In this document: positions 7,919 to 17,698 of the stretch, piece by piece | Layout: each line of letters starts with the position of its first letter | Position numbering within the stretch: position 1 is the stretch's first letter | Translations under genes and position numbers: made by a program | Source: an uncultured Chloroflexia bacterium | GTDB lineage: Bacteria > Chloroflexota > Limnocylindria > Limnocylindrales > CSP1-4 | DNA: 64,000 bases | NCBI GenBank assembly: GCA_963835335.1 | Contig: CAWIFB010000030.1 | Coordinates: forward strand, 13,017 to 77,016 | Direction of reading: 5' to 3' | The notes under the pieces: generated by a model | The model's database searches: none | The model's input: the letters and a program-made list of their open reading frames with translations, nothing else | What the model was told of the DNA's origin: nothing

Positions 7919-9558
7919 GCGTCCTCGCCGATCGCGACATCCGGGCGGAGCTGGAGTCGGGGCGGGTCCGGATCGACCCGTATGACCCGTCGGACCTGCA
8001 ACCGTCGTCGGTGGATCTCCACCTCGATCGCAGCTTCCGCGTGTTCCGCAACAACCGGTACGCGTTCATCGACCCGCGATCGCCACAGCCGGACCTGACG
8101 GAGCTGCTGCACATCGGCGACGACGAGCCGTTCGTGCTCCACCCGGGCGAGTTCGTGCTGGGCCAGACGCTCGAATGGGTCGAGCTGCCCGACGACCTCG
8201 TGGCCAGGCTCGAGGGAAAGGCGCTCGCCCTCGACACGCCCGTGCCGACGCCATTCGGCTGGCGGACGATGGGCGAGCTCGAGCCCGGCGACCTGGTGTT
8301 CGACGAGCACGGGGTGCCGACAACGGTCGTCGCGGCAACGCCGCCGCTCCTCGATCGCCCGTGTCGTGAGGTCACCTTCTCCGACGGTGCAACGGTGATC
8401 GCGGACGCCGACCACCAGTGGCTGACGGTGGACAAGAACGGTCGACGTCCCGGTCGCTGGCGGGGAGCGATCCGCACCACCGACGAGATCGCCCGCACGC
8501 TCACGGTCCGGGGCGAGCGCAACCACCAGGTGCCGCTGCCGGGTCCCGTCGAGTACGCCCCGCGCATCGACCTCCCGATCGAGCCCTACACGTTCGGGGC
8601 GTGGCTGGGGGACGGCACGACCACGAAGGCCGAGATCACGTCCTGCGACCCCGAGGTGTTGCGGCAGATCAGCGGCGACGGATTCTCGGCACAGCCGTTG
8701 TGGTATGCGCCGCATGCATATCGGATCGGTGGCGTCGGCCAGACGCGCGATGCCACAACCGGCCGCTACGCGCGCAGCGGATCCCTGTCGAGTCGCCTGC
8801 GCACCATGGGCCAGATGAGCGGCAAGTTCGTGCCTCGCGAGTACCTCCAGGCGGGCGTCAGCCAGCGGCTCGCATTGCTCCAGGGGCTGATGGACACGGA
8901 CGGCTTCGTCGACGACATCGCGGGGCGGTGCGAGTTCACGAGCACGAACGAAGGCCTGGCCAATTCCGTCGTCGAGCTTGCCGCCAGTCTCGGCTTCCGG
9001 CCGGTGATGACGACCGGGCGGGCGATGCTCAACGGGATCGACCACGGACCCAAGTACCGGGTGAAGTTCACGCCCGATCGACCGGTCTTCCGCCTGACGC
9101 GAAAGGTCGTCCGCCAGAAGCCAACCAACAGCCGCTTCCATCGATTCCGGGCGATCGCCGATGTGCGCGAGGTGGCGTCCGTGCCCGTGCGCTGCATCGA
9201 GGTGGCCTCGCCGCGTGGGTTGTTCCTGGTGTCCCGCTCGTTCATCCCCACGCATAACAGCTCGCTCGGCCGCCTGGGCCTCCTCATCCATTCCACCGCG
9301 GGGTACGTGGATCCGGGCTGGGAGGGCACCCTCACGCTCGAGCTGTCGAACGTCGCCAACCTCCCGATCGCGCTGTACTACGGCATGCGCATCGGCCAGA
9401 TCAGCTTCTTCCGGATGAGCTCGCCCGTCGAGCGGCCGTACGGCAGCAAGGAGCTGGGATCGAAGTACCAGGGCCAGTCCGAGCCCACGGCGTCGGCCTT
9501 CCATGCGGACTTCGAGCGGGGCCGCAAGGTGCGGGACGGCGGGGATGGCTCGGCATGA
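7915..9558 (+). CDS. dcd: dCTP deaminase interrupted by an intein (exteins aa 1-102 and 449-547)
   Basis: N-extein ends ..VARLEGK and C-extein starts [29 protein letters not shown]. Joined, they recreate the conserved Dcd motif [12 protein letters not shown]. The GTG start overlaps the nrdR stop (GTGA). Confidence 0.9.
   Translation: MSVLADRDIRAELESGRVRIDPYDPSDLQPSSVDLHLDRSFRVFRNNRYAFIDPRSPQPDLTELLHIGDDEPFVLHPGEFVLGQTLEWVELPDDLVARLEGKALALDTPVPTPFGWRTMGELEPGDLVFDEHGVPTTVVAATPPLLDRPCREVTFSDGATVIADADHQWLTVDKNGRRPGRWRGAIRTTDEIARTLTVRGERNHQVPLPGPVEYAPRIDLPIEPYTFGAWLGDGTTTKAEITSCDPEVLRQISGDGFSAQPLWYAPHAYRIGGVGQTRDATTGRYARSGSLSSRLRTMGQMSGKFVPREYLQAGVSQRLALLQGLMDTDGFVDDIAGRCEFTSTNEGLANSVVELAASLGFRPVMTTGRAMLNGIDHGPKYRVKFTPDRPVFRLTRKVVRQKPTNSRFHRFRAIADVREVASVPVRCIEVASPRGLFLVSRSFIPTHNSSLGRLGLLIHSTAGYVDPGWEGTLTLELSNVANLPIALYYGMRIGQISFFRMSSPVERPYGSKELGSKYQGQSEPTASAFHADFERGRKVRDGGDGSA
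8221..9258 (+). mobile_element. Intein (346 aa) with LAGLIDADG homing-endonuclease domain and class-3-like WCT signature
   Basis: Starts [14 protein letters not shown] (Ala1, block A) and has block [13 protein letters not shown]. It carries two LAGLIDADG motifs ([24 protein letters not shown]). Block F is VPVRCIEV, block G is FIPTHN, and the +1 residue is Ser. Confidence 0.85.
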
Positions 9559-10430
9559 GCGTGAACGACGCCGTCGACTTCCGCATGGACCTGGGCGGCG
9601 GCACGACGGTCGCCCTGATCCAGGCCGGCACCTTCCGATCGGACGCGGGCGCCCTGTTCGGGCCGGTGCCCTGGATCCTGTGGCGGCCGTGGGCCGAGGG
9701 CGAGATCGACGACGACCGGCGCCTGCTCCAGGCGCTCAACTGCCTGCTGGTCGAGACGCCGGCCGGCCGCGTCCTGGTCGAGACGGGGATCGGGGAGCGG
9801 ATCAACGACAAGGGCCGCACGATGCGGGGCTACCTGGGCACGCCGATCGCGCCGGCGATGCGCGAGGCGGGCTTCGATCCCGCGTCGGTCGACGTGGTCG
9901 CGATGAGCCACCTCCACTTCGACCACGCCGGCGGACTCCTGCTCGCCGACGGGACGCGCGCCTTTCCCCGGGCGCGGATCGTGGCGCAGCGCGCCGAATG
10001 GGAGCTCGCGCTCGGGGACAACAGCCGGGTGCTCGCCTCGTACGACCAGCCGGAGCTGCGGCTCGTGGCCGACTGGGGCGCCGAGGGCTGGGTCGAGGGC
10101 GATCGCGAGCTCGTGCCCGGCGTGTCCGTGATCGAGACCGGCGGACACTCCGCGGGCCACCAGGCGATCGTGGTGCGGGGGACCGGCCCCGGGGCGCGGA
10201 CGCTCGCGTTCTTCGGTGACCTGTGCATGCGGCCGTGGGCCGCCAACCCGCGCTGGGTGACCTCGTTCGACGACTTCCCGCTGGACAGCGTCGCGCGCAA
10301 GGGCGAGCTGTTCCGGCGCGCGGTCGACGAGGACTGGCTGGTCGCCCTGTCGCACGAGTCGCGGGATCCGGTGGGCCGGCTGGTCCCGGACCGCGACCGG
10401 TTCCGGTTCGAGGGGCTGCGCAGCGGCTGA
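9555..10430 (+). CDS. MBL-fold metallo-hydrolase
   Basis: HLHFDHAGG metal-binding motif and TGGHSAGH. The ATG overlaps the dcd stop (ATGA). Confidence 0.85.
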   Translation: MSVNDAVDFRMDLGGGTTVALIQAGTFRSDAGALFGPVPWILWRPWAEGEIDDDRRLLQALNCLLVETPAGRVLVETGIGERINDKGRTMRGYLGTPIAPAMREAGFDPASVDVVAMSHLHFDHAGGLLLADGTRAFPRARIVAQRAEWELALGDNSRVLASYDQPELRLVADWGAEGWVEGDRELVPGVSVIETGGHSAGHQAIVVRGTGPGARTLAFFGDLCMRPWAANPRWVTSFDDFPLDSVARKGELFRRAVDEDWLVALSHESRDPVGRLVPDRDRFRFEGLRSG

Positions 10431-10445
10431 GTCCGGATTCGCCAC

Positions 10446-10770
10446 CGCGCACCCGGACGCTACCGTCGAGGTCCTGCCACCTACCGCGCAGCGTGGTGGT
10501 AGTCCGGGTCCTGCCACCTCCGGAGCCACCGGCAACCCGCCACCGGTCGAATTCGTGCACGGATCGGGCGTCTCGAGCCCGTCGGGTCGGCCGTCATCCC
10601 ACGCCGACCCCGCCTAGCACCACTGGCGGCGGTGCCTGACAGCACTTCCGGGCGTTTCAGCCGATAGCACCGCCACCGGCGGTGCGGGACAGGAAGCGGC
10701 TGGGGGTGCGGGACAGGAAGCGGCTGCGGGACAGAAAGCGGCTGCGGGTGCGGTACAGGAACGGAAACCC
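10446..10770 (+). repeat. Interspersed noncoding repeat, copy A (core ~250 bp plus degenerate ~24-nt tandem repeats)
   Basis: 10446-10694 aligns with 20115-20364 with only a handful of mismatches. It contains a perfect hairpin GCACCGCC-ACC-GGCGGTGC (10667-10685). GTGCGGGACAGGAAGCGGCTGC-like units follow at 10681-10770. Confidence 0.9.
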
Positions 10771-10794
10771 GGACCGAGCTGCCGGCCGAACCCC

Positions 10795-11739
10795 TCAGCT
10801 CTCCCGTGAAGCCGCGCAGCGCCCGTCCGGGTCGACGCACCCGACGAAGTGCCCGGGGGCCACCTCCGTGAGCGCCGCGCCGTCGCGGCCCGTCGGGTAG
10901 GCCGCGTGGTACAGGCACTCGGGCAAGGCGCGCTCCTGGTCCCAGGCAACATCGCCCGCACCCCACCGCTCCTCGAGCCGCGGGACCGAGGCCAGCAGCA
11001 TCTGCGTGTAGGGGTGGCGGGCGTCGCCGAACACGAGCTCGGTCGGGCCCATCTCGACCACCCGACCGCGGCGGAGGATCACGGCACGCTCGCTGATGTA
11101 GTTGCCGAGGGACAGGTCGTGGGTGATGAACAGGATGCCGAGGCCGCGCTCCTTGAGGTCCCCGAGCAGGTTGAGGACGTCGATGCGCGTCGACGCATCG
11201 AGCATGCTGATGATCTCGTCGGCGACCAGGTACTTCGTGTCCAGCAGCAGCGCCCGCGCGATCAGGAGCCGCTGGAGCTGGCCGCCGCTGAGCTGGTGCG
11301 GGTACTTGTGGAGCACCTGGCCCGCCTCGAGCCCGACGTCCTGCAGGGCAGACTCGATCCGCCCGCGCCATTCGCCGGCGGCCACGCCCCGGTGGAACGC
11401 GCCGTGGACCATGTTGAACACGTGGTCCACCTTGAAGATCGGGTTGAACGAGCTGAACGGGTCCTGGAAAACACCTTGGACGCCCCGGTAGTAGTCCCGC
11501 AGGCGGCTGCCGCCGAGCGTGGCGATGTCGGTCCCGTCGACGGCGATCCGGCCGCCATTGACCCGGACCAGGCGCAGGATCATCTTGCCGATCGTCGACT
11601 TGCCGCTGCCGCTCTCGCCGATCAGCGAGACGACCTCTCCCGGGGCGATGCTCAGCGTGACGTCGCGCACGGCGACCAGCGTCGACCCGCCGAACGGGCC
11701 GACCCGGTAGACCTTGGACACGCGTTCCAGCGCGAGCAT
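10795..11739 (-). CDS. Opp/Dpp-type ABC transporter ATP-binding protein (OppF-like)
   Basis: Walker A GESGSGKST, signature LSGGQLQR, Walker B LLDTKYLVADE, and the C-terminal oligopeptide-type extension. The ATG overlaps the upstream stop (ATGA). Confidence 0.9.
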   Translation of the reverse strand: MLALERVSKVYRVGPFGGSTLVAVRDVTLSIAPGEVVSLIGESGSGKSTIGKMILRLVRVNGGRIAVDGTDIATLGGSRLRDYYRGVQGVFQDPFSSFNPIFKVDHVFNMVHGAFHRGVAAGEWRGRIESALQDVGLEAGQVLHKYPHQLSGGQLQRLLIARALLLDTKYLVADEIISMLDASTRIDVLNLLGDLKERGLGILFITHDLSLGNYISERAVILRRGRVVEMGPTELVFGDARHPYTQMLLASVPRLEERWGAGDVAWDQERALPECLYHAAYPTGRDGAALTEVAPGHFVGCVDPDGRCAASRES

Positions 11740-12689
11740 CAGGCGACCTTCCAGCAGGCCACGGCGTGACCCGGCTCGATCTCGACGAACGGCGGCTCCT
11801 CGAGGCACTGGGCGTCCGCGAGCGGGCAGCGATCCCGGAACCGGCATCCGGTCGGCGGGTTGAGCAGCGACGGCGGCGTGCCCGGGATGCCGGCCAGGCG
11901 CGTCTCGGCGAACCGGCGCCCCATCTCGGGCAGCGACGACACCAGCAGCCGGGTGTACGGATGCCGGGGCGTCCGCATCAGCGTCTCGGTCGACGCCTTC
12001 TCGGCGAGCTTGCCGGCGTACATGATCGCCAGCGTGTCCGAGATCTGGTACAGGATCGAGACATCGTGGGTGACCACGATCATGCTCCGGACGAACCCGC
12101 GATCCCGGAACCCCACCAGCGTCTGGGCGACCGCGCGCTGGCTCGACACGTCGAGCGCGGACGTGATCTCGTCCGCGATGAGCACAGCCGGGTCGAGCAG
12201 CGTCGACAGGACCATCACGAGCCGCTGCTTCATGCCGCCGGACAGCTCGATGGGGTACATGCCGAGGATCGCATGGGTCAGGCCCACCAGCTCGAGCCGC
12301 CGCTCCAGCTCGTCGTGGACCTCCTCGTACCGCACGCCGCGGGATCCGACCACCTCGCGGATCATGCGCCCGATCTTCCGGGTCGGGTTGAGCGCGCTCA
12401 TGGCGTACTGCGGGATGAGCGACAGCTCCTTGAACCGGAGCTCGTTCATCGCCTCGTTGTCGGCGATGGGCAGCTCCAGCCCGTCGAGCTCGACCGTCCC
12501 ACCCACGTGCTTCATCCGGCCGTCGATCCGGATCAGGGCGCTGCCGAGGGTCGACTTGCCGCAGCCGGACTCGCCGGCGAGGCCCATGATCTCGCCGTCG
12601 GCGAGCTCGAACGAGACGCCGTCGAGCGCCTTCACGTCGCCTGCGAGGGTCCGGTAGTAGACCCGGAGGTCGGTGACCTTGAGGCTCAC
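11739..12689 (-). CDS. Opp/Dpp-type ABC transporter ATP-binding protein (OppD-like)
   Basis: Walker A GESGCGKST, signature LSGGMKQR. GTG start at 12689 lies 2 nt after the permease stop. Confidence 0.9.
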   Translation of the reverse strand: MSLKVTDLRVYYRTLAGDVKALDGVSFELADGEIMGLAGESGCGKSTLGSALIRIDGRMKHVGGTVELDGLELPIADNEAMNELRFKELSLIPQYAMSALNPTRKIGRMIREVVGSRGVRYEEVHDELERRLELVGLTHAILGMYPIELSGGMKQRLVMVLSTLLDPAVLIADEITSALDVSSQRAVAQTLVGFRDRGFVRSMIVVTHDVSILYQISDTLAIMYAGKLAEKASTETLMRTPRHPYTRLLVSSLPEMGRRFAETRLAGIPGTPPSLLNPPTGCRFRDRCPLADAQCLEEPPFVEIEPGHAVACWKVA

Positions 12690-12691
12690 GC

Positions 12692-13675
12692 TCAGGACTC
12701 CCGCAACCGGGGGTTGAAGATCTCGTCGAGGCCGACGTTCATGACGTACAGGGCCCCGACGATCGCCGTGATGCCGATGCCGGGCGGGATGAACCACCAC
12801 CACAGCCCGAGCTGCAGCGCGCTCCAGGCGACGGCGTTGTACATCATCAGCCCCAGCGACGTTCCTTCCGTCGGTCCCAGCCCGATGAAGTCGAGCGACG
12901 CCGCGATCAGGATCGAGCCGCCGAACAGCAGGATGAACGTCATGAACAGGTACGAGCTCATGTTGGGGGCGATCTCGCTGAAGATGATCCTGCGAGCGGG
13001 CATGCCGGTGATGCGGGCCAGGTCGACGAACTCGCGCGCGTTGAGCGAGAACGTCTGGGCACGGATGGCGCGAGCGGCCCAGGGCCACGATGTGAGGCCG
13101 ATGAACACCGCCTCGACCAGCAGGCCGCGTGCCTGGAGGAAGGCGGTGACGACCAGCAGCAGGGCGAGCGTCGGGATCACGAGAACCACGTTCGTGAACC
13201 CGCTCAGGATCTCGTCCACCAGGCCGCCGCGGTAGCCCGCCACGAACCCCACCACGACGCCGATCACCGCTGCCAGCCCGCCGCCCGCCAGCCCGATCAT
13301 GAACGTCGCGCCGAGGCCGCTGACGAACTGGGCGAACACGTCCTGCCCGAACGTCGTGGTTCCGAACCAGTAGTCCGCGGATGGCGCCGCCGCGACCGGC
13401 CCGGTGAAGGCGTTGGGATCGCCGGGCCGGAGGAGTGGTCCGACGATCGCCAACGCGACGAGAACGATCAGAATCGTGGACGCGATGAGGATCTTGCGGC
13501 TGCGAAGCACGAAGTGGCGCAGCTCGCGGGCGCGTCCGACGCCCTCGCCGACGCTCGCGACGGGGACCCCGGGTCCGGCTGCCATGGGCAGGGGCGCAGG
13601 GCCGCTGGGGGACACCGGCGCGCCGGGTGCTGCCGGAGCGGCAGCAGGGACAGGGTCACGGCGCGGACCGCTCAT
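12692..13675 (-). CDS. ABC transporter permease (OppC/DppC-like)
   Basis: Multi-TM protein with the binding-protein-dependent transport signature region (AARAIRAQTFSLNAREFVDLARITG). The ATG overlaps the upstream stop (ATGA). Confidence 0.85.
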   Translation of the reverse strand: MSGPRRDPVPAAAPAAPGAPVSPSGPAPLPMAAGPGVPVASVGEGVGRARELRHFVLRSRKILIASTILIVLVALAIVGPLLRPGDPNAFTGPVAAAPSADYWFGTTTFGQDVFAQFVSGLGATFMIGLAGGGLAAVIGVVVGFVAGYRGGLVDEILSGFTNVVLVIPTLALLLVVTAFLQARGLLVEAVFIGLTSWPWAARAIRAQTFSLNAREFVDLARITGMPARRIIFSEIAPNMSSYLFMTFILLFGGSILIAASLDFIGLGPTEGTSLGLMMYNAVAWSALQLGLWWWFIPPGIGITAIVGALYVMNVGLDEIFNPRLRES

Positions 13676-14664
13676 TCGCCGCCGCCGCTCATGCCGATGC
13701 GTGTCCGCGGATCGAGGAACACGTAGGCGACGTCCACAAGGAAGTTTGCGATCAGCACGCCCACGATCACGAACAGGAAGATGCCCTGTAGCAGGAAGTA
13801 GTCCTCGTTCTGGACCGCGGCCAGCAGCAGCTTGCCGATGCCCGGGTACGAGAACACGATCTCGGTGACCAGGGCCCCGGCGACGATCACGCCCAGCTGG
13901 AGCGCCAGCCCGGTGACCTGGGGCAGCACGGCGTTCCGGAAGGCGTAGCGGCGGATCAGCCCCGATGGCACGCCGAGCGCCCCGAGGTACCGCGAGTAGT
14001 CCGCGTCGAGCTCGTAGATGATCATGTTGCGCATGCCGATCGCCCAGCCCCCGAACATGATCAGGAACAGCGACAGGAACGGCATCACCCAGTGGGCGAC
14101 CAGGTCCCCGAGGAATGCCAGCGACAGCGAAGGCTCGAGCGCGTAGGAGTAGCCACCCGAGATCGGGAACACGCGGAAGATCGTTCCCAGCAGCCAGGCG
14201 ATGACGATCGCGAGCCACATGTAGGGCGTCGCGGTGAGGATGTACCCGATCGGCAGCACGGCGTTGTCGAGCAGCCGGCGCCGGGCGGCGATCGCACCGA
14301 ACGTGTTGCCCGCCCACCAGCTGAGCAGGATGGCCGGGATCAGCAGGGCGAGGGTGTAGGGGACCGCCGCCATGATCGCGCTGACCACGGACCGCCCGGA
14401 CAGGTACACGCTCAGGCCAAGGTCGCCGTGGAGCAGCGAGCCCCAGAAGTTCAGGTACTGCTGCCAGATCGGCAGGTCAAGCCCGAACAGGTTGTTGTAG
14501 TAGGCAAAGACGCCGGCGACGGCCTCGGGTGGGATCTGACGCCGCGAGAGCATGCTCTGGACCGGGTCGCCGGGCATGAACCGCGGGATCATCCAGTCGA
14601 TCGTCGCCGCAACGAGGAACGTGAGCGCGTAGATCAGGAGCTTGCGGCCGAAGTAGCGTCGCAC
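13672..14664 (-). CDS. ABC transporter permease (OppB/DppB-like)
   Basis: MRRYFGRKLLIYALTFLVAATI N-terminus and YLGALGVPSGLIRRYAFRNA EAA-type loop are typical of OppB-family permeases. Confidence 0.9.
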   Translation of the reverse strand: MRRYFGRKLLIYALTFLVAATIDWMIPRFMPGDPVQSMLSRRQIPPEAVAGVFAYYNNLFGLDLPIWQQYLNFWGSLLHGDLGLSVYLSGRSVVSAIMAAVPYTLALLIPAILLSWWAGNTFGAIAARRRLLDNAVLPIGYILTATPYMWLAIVIAWLLGTIFRVFPISGGYSYALEPSLSLAFLGDLVAHWVMPFLSLFLIMFGGWAIGMRNMIIYELDADYSRYLGALGVPSGLIRRYAFRNAVLPQVTGLALQLGVIVAGALVTEIVFSYPGIGKLLLAAVQNEDYFLLQGIFLFVIVGVLIANFLVDVAYVFLDPRTRIGMSGGGE

Positions 14665-14739
14665 GAGATCTCCCGCGAACGAGCCTGCGAGGGTCCCTCC
14701 GGCCGCGGGGCGGCCGGAGGGACCGGTTGGCGCGAGGAG

Positions 14740-16503
14740 CTAGGGGGTGACCGGCTGAAGCTCGGTGAGCATCTTGACGGCGCCCATCTGCCAGTATCCG
14801 TTCCAGGTGGCCGGCAGGATGTGGTTGCCGTCGTCGGAGGGCCAGTTGGTCCACACGACGTTGCTGACCTGCGACCACAGCCCGTTGTACCAGAGCGGGA
14901 TGACCGGCATGTCGGTCAGCGAGATCTTCTGGAGCTTGCTGGTGATCGCCTGCATGGCGGTGACGTCGTCGACCGGCGTCTTGTCGAGCTGCTGGACGAG
15001 GGCCCAGGCATCGGGATTCTCGTAGCCGCCGTAGTTGCGGTTCTTGCCGGCGCCTTCCATGAGCGGCAGCCGGTACATGTAGTCGTAGTAGGTCCAGGGC
15101 GTGTTCGAGAGCTGGACCTCGTTGTTGACGACCAGGTCGAAGTCACCGCTGTTGCGCGCGTCGACGAGGCCGTTGTAGTCCACGATCCGGGCCTCGGCGT
15201 TGATGCCGGCGGCCTTGAGGCTGGACACGATCACGTCGCGAGCGGCCTCCCAGTCGGACCAGCCGGTGGGGACCATGATCGTGAGCTTGACGGCGGACCC
15301 GTCCTTGGCCGTGTAGAACCCGTCGCTGCCCTTCTTGTAGCCGGCGGCGGCAAGGATCGACGCGGTCTGGCCGGGGTCGTACTTGAAGCCCAGCGCGTCG
15401 CGCTGCGCCGTGTCGATGTACTTGTCCCAGGTGGGCAGCAGCCCCGTGGGATCGGCGGCCTGGACGATGTTGCCGTAGACCTTGTTCACGATCGTGGGGA
15501 CGTCGACCGCGAACGCGATGGCCTTGCGGAACGCCGGGTCGTCAAGGGGCTTCTTCTTGTCGTTGGTGACGAGCCATGCCGTGTTGCCCGACAGCATGTA
15601 CGGCGCACCCTTGAAGTAGGTGGTCACGTAGCCGTTGTCGACGAGGGTGGCAACGCCGGGCAGGAAGTTGTTGCTGAGGTCGATCCCGCCCTGCATCAGC
15701 AGGCCCAGCGCCACGTTGTTGGCGCCGTTGACGATGTCGACGATGTACTTCGGCTTGACATCGAGGCCCAGGGCCGTCCTGGCCCACCAGCTCTCATTCT
15801 TGACCCAGACCATGCGGTCCTCGGCGGCCGTCTTGTACGTGTACGGTCCGGTCCCGACGCCGTTGGCATTGGTCTCGGTGAGGATGTCCTCGTTGGCCTT
15901 GGCCTCCCAGATGTGCTTGGGCAGGATCGGGCTGTTGTAGGTCCAGGTCGCCCACTCCTGGTAGGCGGGGTTGTTGAACTTGACCACGACGGTGTTGGCG
16001 TCCGTGGCGGTGGCGTCGGTGACGTAGTCCCAGATGTTGGAGCCGACGGCCTTGATCTTGGCCAGGCCGATCGTGAACGCGACGTCGTCGGCCGTGAACG
16101 GCTGGCCATCGCTCCAGGTGACGCCGGAACGCGTCTTGATCGTGTAGGTCGTCGCGTCGGTCCAGCTGGCGCTCTCGGCGAGCCAGGGATCGAACTTGTC
16201 AGCAAGCGGGTCGTACAGGAACAGGGTCTCGTACTGGAGACCGACGACGCCCGTCGCGGCGTTGGGGTCGAGCGGGTTCCAGGTCGAGGGCGGGCCCCAC
16301 TGCTTGCCCGTCGTGTACAGGGTCTCGTTGCGCGGGTAGCTCTCGACCGCACCCTCGGACGCTGCCGGGGTCGCGGCGGCCGACTCGCCCGGCGCCATGC
16401 TCTGTGCCTGGCTGGGTTCGGACGACGCCGGTGATGAGCCGCACGCGCCGACGACGATGCTCGCCAGTGCGAGGACCGTCATCAGCCGTCTGGTGGATGT
16501 CAT
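14740..16503 (-). CDS. Family-5 ABC substrate-binding lipoprotein, probably oligosaccharide-binding
   Basis: ATG at 16503 is preceded by GGAGGAGG. Lipoprotein signal is LALASIVVGAC. Length and composition fit SBP family 5, and it sits inside a glycoside-utilisation locus. Confidence 0.85.
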   Translation of the reverse strand: MTSTRRLMTVLALASIVVGACGSSPASSEPSQAQSMAPGESAAATPAASEGAVESYPRNETLYTTGKQWGPPSTWNPLDPNAATGVVGLQYETLFLYDPLADKFDPWLAESASWTDATTYTIKTRSGVTWSDGQPFTADDVAFTIGLAKIKAVGSNIWDYVTDATATDANTVVVKFNNPAYQEWATWTYNSPILPKHIWEAKANEDILTETNANGVGTGPYTYKTAAEDRMVWVKNESWWARTALGLDVKPKYIVDIVNGANNVALGLLMQGGIDLSNNFLPGVATLVDNGYVTTYFKGAPYMLSGNTAWLVTNDKKKPLDDPAFRKAIAFAVDVPTIVNKVYGNIVQAADPTGLLPTWDKYIDTAQRDALGFKYDPGQTASILAAAGYKKGSDGFYTAKDGSAVKLTIMVPTGWSDWEAARDVIVSSLKAAGINAEARIVDYNGLVDARNSGDFDLVVNNEVQLSNTPWTYYDYMYRLPLMEGAGKNRNYGGYENPDAWALVQQLDKTPVDDVTAMQAITSKLQKISLTDMPVIPLWYNGLWSQVSNVVWTNWPSDDGNHILPATWNGYWQMGAVKMLTELQPVTP

Positions 16504-16561
16504 GCGTACCTCCTCCGTGGATCTCTGACGGCCTCGCACGTGGGTGGAGGCCACAACTGCA

Positions 16562-17569
16562 TCAGCCCCGCACCACACCTCCCACGGTCGACTGGCGGAT
16601 CACCAGCTCGGTCGGCAGGATCACGCGGCGCGGAGCGTCGCGGTCGGCGATCAGCTGGATCAGGCTGGTCACCGCCTGGGCTCCTTGCTCGCGAACGCCC
16701 TGGCGAACGGTTGTGAGGGGCGGCTCCATGTGGGCCGCGAACTCGAGATCGTCGAACCCGGCGAGCGCCACGTCCTCCGGCACCCGCAGACCGCGCGCCC
16801 GGATCGCCGCCAGGGCACCCTGCGCGGTCGAGTCATTGGCGCAGAAGATCGCGTCCGCGCCCGCGTCGAGCAGGACCTGCGCGCCGGCGGCCCCGGAATC
16901 GGCGTCGAAGTCGCCCAAGGCGACCAGGCCGTCGACCGGGAGCTTCGCGCGGGCCATCGCCCTCGCGTATCCGGTGAGCCGGTCCTCGCCGGCGACCGTG
17001 CGCGGCGTCCCGGCGATGTGTCCGATCCGGCGGCGCCCGATCTCGACGAGGTGGGTCGTGACCAGGTCCGCGGCATGGACGTTGTCGATGTCGACGTAGC
17101 TGGCGGTCTGGTCGGCGCTTCGATGGCCGATGAGGACGGTCGGCCGGCCGGCGGCCAGGAGCCCGTCGACGAGCGGATCGTCGAGCGCGTGCGCGGTGAC
17201 GATGACGCCGTCGAGGATGCTGAGGGACAGGATCTTGTCCAGCGTCTCTTCTTTGGACCGGTTGCCCAGCCACAGCATCATTCCCGCCGCACGATCCGCG
17301 AGCGCATCGCTCATGCCCTGCATGAGCTGCCCGAAGTACACGTCGGTGAACAGCCGGTGAGGATCGACGTGCATGACGACCCCGACCACGCCCGACCGCC
17401 CGGAGGCGAGCGTCCGGGCCGCGATGTTCGGGCGGTAGTTGTTCTCCTGGAGGATGGCCTCGACGCGGCGCCGGGTCCGGTCCGAGACGCTGCCGCCGTT
17501 GATGACGCGCGATACCGTCGCCCGGGAGACCCCGCTCAGGGATGCAAGCTCGTCGATGGTCCGTGCCAC
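16562..17569 (-). CDS. LacI-family transcriptional regulator
   Basis: HTH TIDELASLSGVSRATVSRVING followed by a periplasmic-binding-fold sugar domain. The start is either GTG 17569 (preferred) or ATG 17626. Confidence 0.9.
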   Translation of the reverse strand: MARTIDELASLSGVSRATVSRVINGGSVSDRTRRRVEAILQENNYRPNIAARTLASGRSGVVGVVMHVDPHRLFTDVYFGQLMQGMSDALADRAAGMMLWLGNRSKEETLDKILSLSILDGVIVTAHALDDPLVDGLLAAGRPTVLIGHRSADQTASYVDIDNVHAADLVTTHLVEIGRRRIGHIAGTPRTVAGEDRLTGYARAMARAKLPVDGLVALGDFDADSGAAGAQVLLDAGADAIFCANDSTAQGALAAIRARGLRVPEDVALAGFDDLEFAAHMEPPLTTVRQGVREQGAQAVTSLIQLIADRDAPRRVILPTELVIRQSTVGGVVRG

Positions 17570-17611
17570 GGGCAATCGTCCCTCTGCAGACGTGTCGTGA
17601 GGACGCCAGAT

Positions 17612-17625
17612 TGGAAGCGCTCTCA
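17612..17625. promoter_or_regulatory. Candidate LacI/CebR-type operator 1
   Basis: TGGAAGCGCTCTCA is a near-palindrome around an AGCGCT core. It resembles the actinobacterial CebR box TGGGAGCGCTCCCA and lies upstream of the regulator gene. Confidence 0.5.
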
Positions 17626-17698
17626 TCCTAGGCGCGGACGACCCGAAATGTCAACACGACAATTCCGTGCGTGATGTACAATTCGGCGCGCAACATTC

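Noticed and set aside
10489-10650. 53-aa GTG-initiated ORF conserved in both copies of the interspersed repeat (VVVVRVLPPPEPPATRHRSNSCTDRASRARRVGRHPTPTPPSTTGGGA), and the antisense MHEFDRWRVAGGSGGG ORF
   Set aside because: The translation is low-complexity and there is no Shine-Dalgarno. The two synonymous differences are also synonymous in the antisense frame, so they do not discriminate between frames. Only two copies are available for comparison. I treat the element as noncoding.
10681-10770. A possible CRISPR array, suggested by the GGTGCGGGACAGGAAGCGGC repeats (also at 20350-20450)
   Set aside because: The units are contiguous and degenerate with no unique spacers between them. There are only 4-5 copies, and no cas genes are in the window. 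This is a tandem repeat, not a CRISPR array.
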